This document shows, in pieces, positions 7,904 through 10,820 of a stretch of DNA of 10,820 nucleotides. The position numbers and the translations under genes were made by a program. Each line of letters opens with the position of its first letter. The first letter of the stretch is position 1. The notes under the pieces were generated by a model. That model saw only the letters and a program-made list of their open reading frames with translations, was not told the DNA's origin and searched no databases. The stretch is from Octopus sinensis (lineage: Eukaryota): NCBI RefSeq assembly GCF_006345805.1, contig NW_021827287.1, positions 1 through 10,820 on the forward strand, given 5' to 3'.

Positions 7904-8387
7904 CATACATACATACACCACACACACACACACATATATATATATATTATATATATATATATATATATTATATATGATATATGTTATGTATGTATATATA
8001 TATGTATATATATATACGTATGTAAATGAGTATATAAGTATCCCGCCTATAGCATGTAGAGATGGAGGAAAAAAATTTGAAGTAAAATATATTTGTATAA
8101 GCTTTCCATTGTATGTCTTCTAAATCCCATTCGCTCTGAATAATCGTTGTTAAGAAGTCAATTGACTGACATGTTTTCTCAGAGGTATTATGTCGAATGA
8201 AATCGAAACTCGTTGGTGACATTTTCCATTCAAATACTTCATCACCTGCACCATTCTTCCCGTAACTTGATTCGTTTAGTGAACGTTTGGGAAATGAATA
8301 TTAATGCCTCCTTATAAAATATAGCAGAAAGTGTAAATATCAGCATAGGTGAGTTTCACTACACTGTTTCATCAATATGTACACCGG

Positions 8388-8389
8388 TA

Positions 8390-8420
<31 letters not shown>

Positions 8421-8488
8421 ATGTATGTATGTATGTATGCATGCATGGGTATATTATATATATATATTATATATATATATATATATAC

Positions 8489-8535
<47 letters not shown>

Positions 8536-8580
8536 ATATATATATATATAATAATATACCTATATATATATATATGTAAA
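8388..8580. repeat. TG/TATG/TA microsatellite
   Basis: Directly visible. Confidence 0.95.
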
Positions 8581-8773
8581 TACATAATTATAAGAATATA
8601 ATTATAATTAAGGGAGTTGGAATGTCAGCGCCTATACGCTAGAAGAAATGTCAAATACCTACAATCCACTCTAAATATATGGATTGTAGTTATTTGACAT
8701 CCATTTCTAGCATAAAATATAGGCGCTGACATTCCAACGCTCTTAATTACAATTATATTTGTGCAATTATGTA
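8581..8773. mobile_element. Near-perfect foldback (hairpin MITE-like) element between microsatellites
   Basis: 21/21 match for 8616-8636 versus 8718-8738, and 20/21 for 8648-8668 versus 8680-8700. Loop of 11 nt at 8669-8679. AT-rich outer arms reach 8581/8773. Confidence 0.8.
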
Positions 8774-8978
8774 TATAGATATATATGTATGTATGTATGT
8801 ATGTGTGTATGTATGTATCTATGTATGTATGTATGTATGTATGTATGTATTATGTATGTATGTATGTACGTATGTATGTATGTATGTATGTATGTTGTAT
8901 GTATGTATGTATGTATGTATGTACGTATGCATGTATGTATGTATGTATGTATGTATGTATGTATGTATGTATGTATGT
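8774..8978. repeat. (TATG)n microsatellite
   Basis: Directly visible. Confidence 0.95.
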
Positions 8979-9109
8979 AGGAGTAAATGTAAGAACAGGG
9001 AAGTTAAGCAAGTCGATATACATATATATATATAAAATATTAAATACATCAAATCAAAAAATTTACATATGTATGCATAAAAAAAATCCACCTTACACAA
9101 AGTATACAT

Positions 9110-9314
9110 GATAACAGGAAATAAAAGGAGTTGAGTAAGCCTTTTTACGAGTCCAACAGCTGTTTCAGGGGGCTTAGTGGGCAAAAATAATGATTTAAAC
9201 TTGATTCCTTCATCGGATAACACCAGTTACAACCATGATTTTAGACCACCAAGCTACCAGAAACAGCTGTTAGACTTGTAAAACTCATACTCAAATCATT
9301 TAATTCCTGATATC
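9110..9314. mobile_element. Diverged foldback element with GAAACAGCTGTT in each arm
   Basis: AACAGCTGTTTC (9155-9166) pairs with GAAACAGCTGTT (9260-9271). Inner arms match 24/34; outer arms 9110-9154 and 9272-9314 align with two gaps. Confidence 0.75.
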
Positions 9315-9507
9315 AATTATATTCTCTTTAAGTCGGACATTTTTATTCATGCATATGCACATTTTTTGTATAAAATGTATTTAATATTCCCTTATATATT
9401 GATTTTCCTAATTTGCCTGCCCATACATATATTCCTCTACTTGTTAAAGTTCAAATCTCTTGACGACTATGAAGTACATTCTACCTAGAGAATACCTGAC
9501 TCTAATT

Positions 9508-9515
9508 TATGTATG

Positions 9516-9606
<91 letters not shown>

Positions 9607-9607
9607 G

Positions 9608-9668
<61 letters not shown>

Positions 9669-9764
9669 TATCTATCCATCCATCTAGCTATGTATGTATG
9701 TATGTATGTATGTATGTATGTATGTATGTATGTATGTATGTATGTATCTATCTATCTCTCTCTC

Positions 9765-9795
<31 letters not shown>

Positions 9796-9818
9796 GATAT
9801 ATATATATATCTATATAT
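9508..9818. repeat. (TATC)n-(TATG)n-(CT)n-(TA)n compound microsatellite
   Basis: Directly visible. Confidence 0.95.
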
Positions 9819-10599
9819 CACCGTCTAACTATCAATAAATATTGGTTTCAAATTTTGGCACGAGGCCAGCAAGGCAATGGATATTAAATAATTAGTCTCT
9901 CAAGCAGTCGATGATTCAATGAGTAAGATTCATTTCAACCATGATTTTTTTCTCCACATTTTTAATAATGTACTGATAATTGAAGTCGGTGAATAATGAA
10001 CGGAGGATGTAGGTTGAGTTAGACTTTTTTTGCCTATCTACCTTGATATTATTGTAAATAAAATAAAGCGTACCTCTTCTGTGACCTAATTTCTCTCCTT
10101 TATTTCTTTTAAGCAAATAATAATAATAATAATGATAAAAGAACATGTCTGCGCGTCTTGTTTGTTATGTTGTTAAGAAGGAGAGTGAGGTTAATTCAAC
10201 CGCCGACGTACTTAAGAATATACTTAACAAGCTTCAAGCTAAACTGAAATTAAATAAAAGCAATTTTTGCTATTCGTGGGTCTTTTACAGTCTTTGAACA
10301 TCTGAGAGAAGCTCTTTTATTGTCTAGGTACTTTCGTTCGTTCGTACAACCAGTAAGGGCTACTTGGTAATATTTTACGGCTGTAATCGACCCCATTCTG
10401 AATTGTTAAGTAAAGATAATAAACAAACTACACACACACACACGTACAATACTCACTTTCTATCTCTCTCTCTCTCTATATATATTATACGTATATAAAA
10501 GTGTGTATATATGCATACTGAAGTTGTGATATAGTGGAAGGCAGGAAATAATGGGACCATGAGGGGATGTTTATATACAGAAAGAATAAAGGGATTATA

Positions 10600-10820
10600 T
10601 GCATATATATACACGCATACACACACATATACATACATACATACATACATACATAAATACGTACATACATACATACATACATATATACATACATACATAC
10701 ATACAAACATACATACATACGTACGTACATACGTACGTACATACATACATACATACATACATACATACATACATACATACATACATACATACATACATAC
10801 GTACATACATACATACGTAC
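10600..10820. repeat. (TACA)n microsatellite with TACG variants
   Basis: Directly visible; runs to the window end. Confidence 0.95.

Larger units (their letters stand above)
6989..8025. repeat. Interrupted TA/CA/TATG microsatellite fields
   Basis: Blocks at ~6989-7125, 7281-7551 and 7706-8025, separated by SINE fragments and short unique stretches. Confidence 0.85.

Noticed and set aside
8130-8354. Splice-like signals on both strands (plus donor ATAG|GTGAGT; minus exon EALIFISQTFTKRIKLREEWC)
   Set aside because: The plus exon has stops in all frames, and the minus candidate does not fit the phase-1 chain. No independent support.
10145-10327. 50-codon ORF MSARLVCYVVKKESEV... and nearby micro-exon signals
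   Set aside because: Short, no recognisable family and inconsistent splice signals.
3589-10814. Many ORFs rich in YVCM, IYIY, HTHT or LSIY
   Set aside because: They are translations of stop-free microsatellites, not genes.

Overview
AT-rich, microsatellite-dense eukaryotic non-coding DNA. It is most likely from an octopus or other coleoid cephalopod, inferred from the SINE families as I recall them and not from a search. Nearly every ORF in the supplied track is a microsatellite or SINE artefact. The first 1.7 kb is a dead Tc1/mariner transposase on the minus strand, interrupted by a tRNA-derived SINE (233-640), a 16-bp perfect hairpin (762-800) and a 502-bp insert with a 12-bp target-site duplication (1073-1574). 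That insert is the most interesting object: a tRNA-like head, an (AAT)n spacer and a tail with an intact Penelope-type minimal hammerhead ribozyme core, plus a second inverted copy of the hammerhead tail. The rest holds more SINEs and SINE fragments, four further foldback elements (1831-2380, 2675-2768, 8581-8773, 9110-9314) and weakly supported small exons of an unidentified gene.
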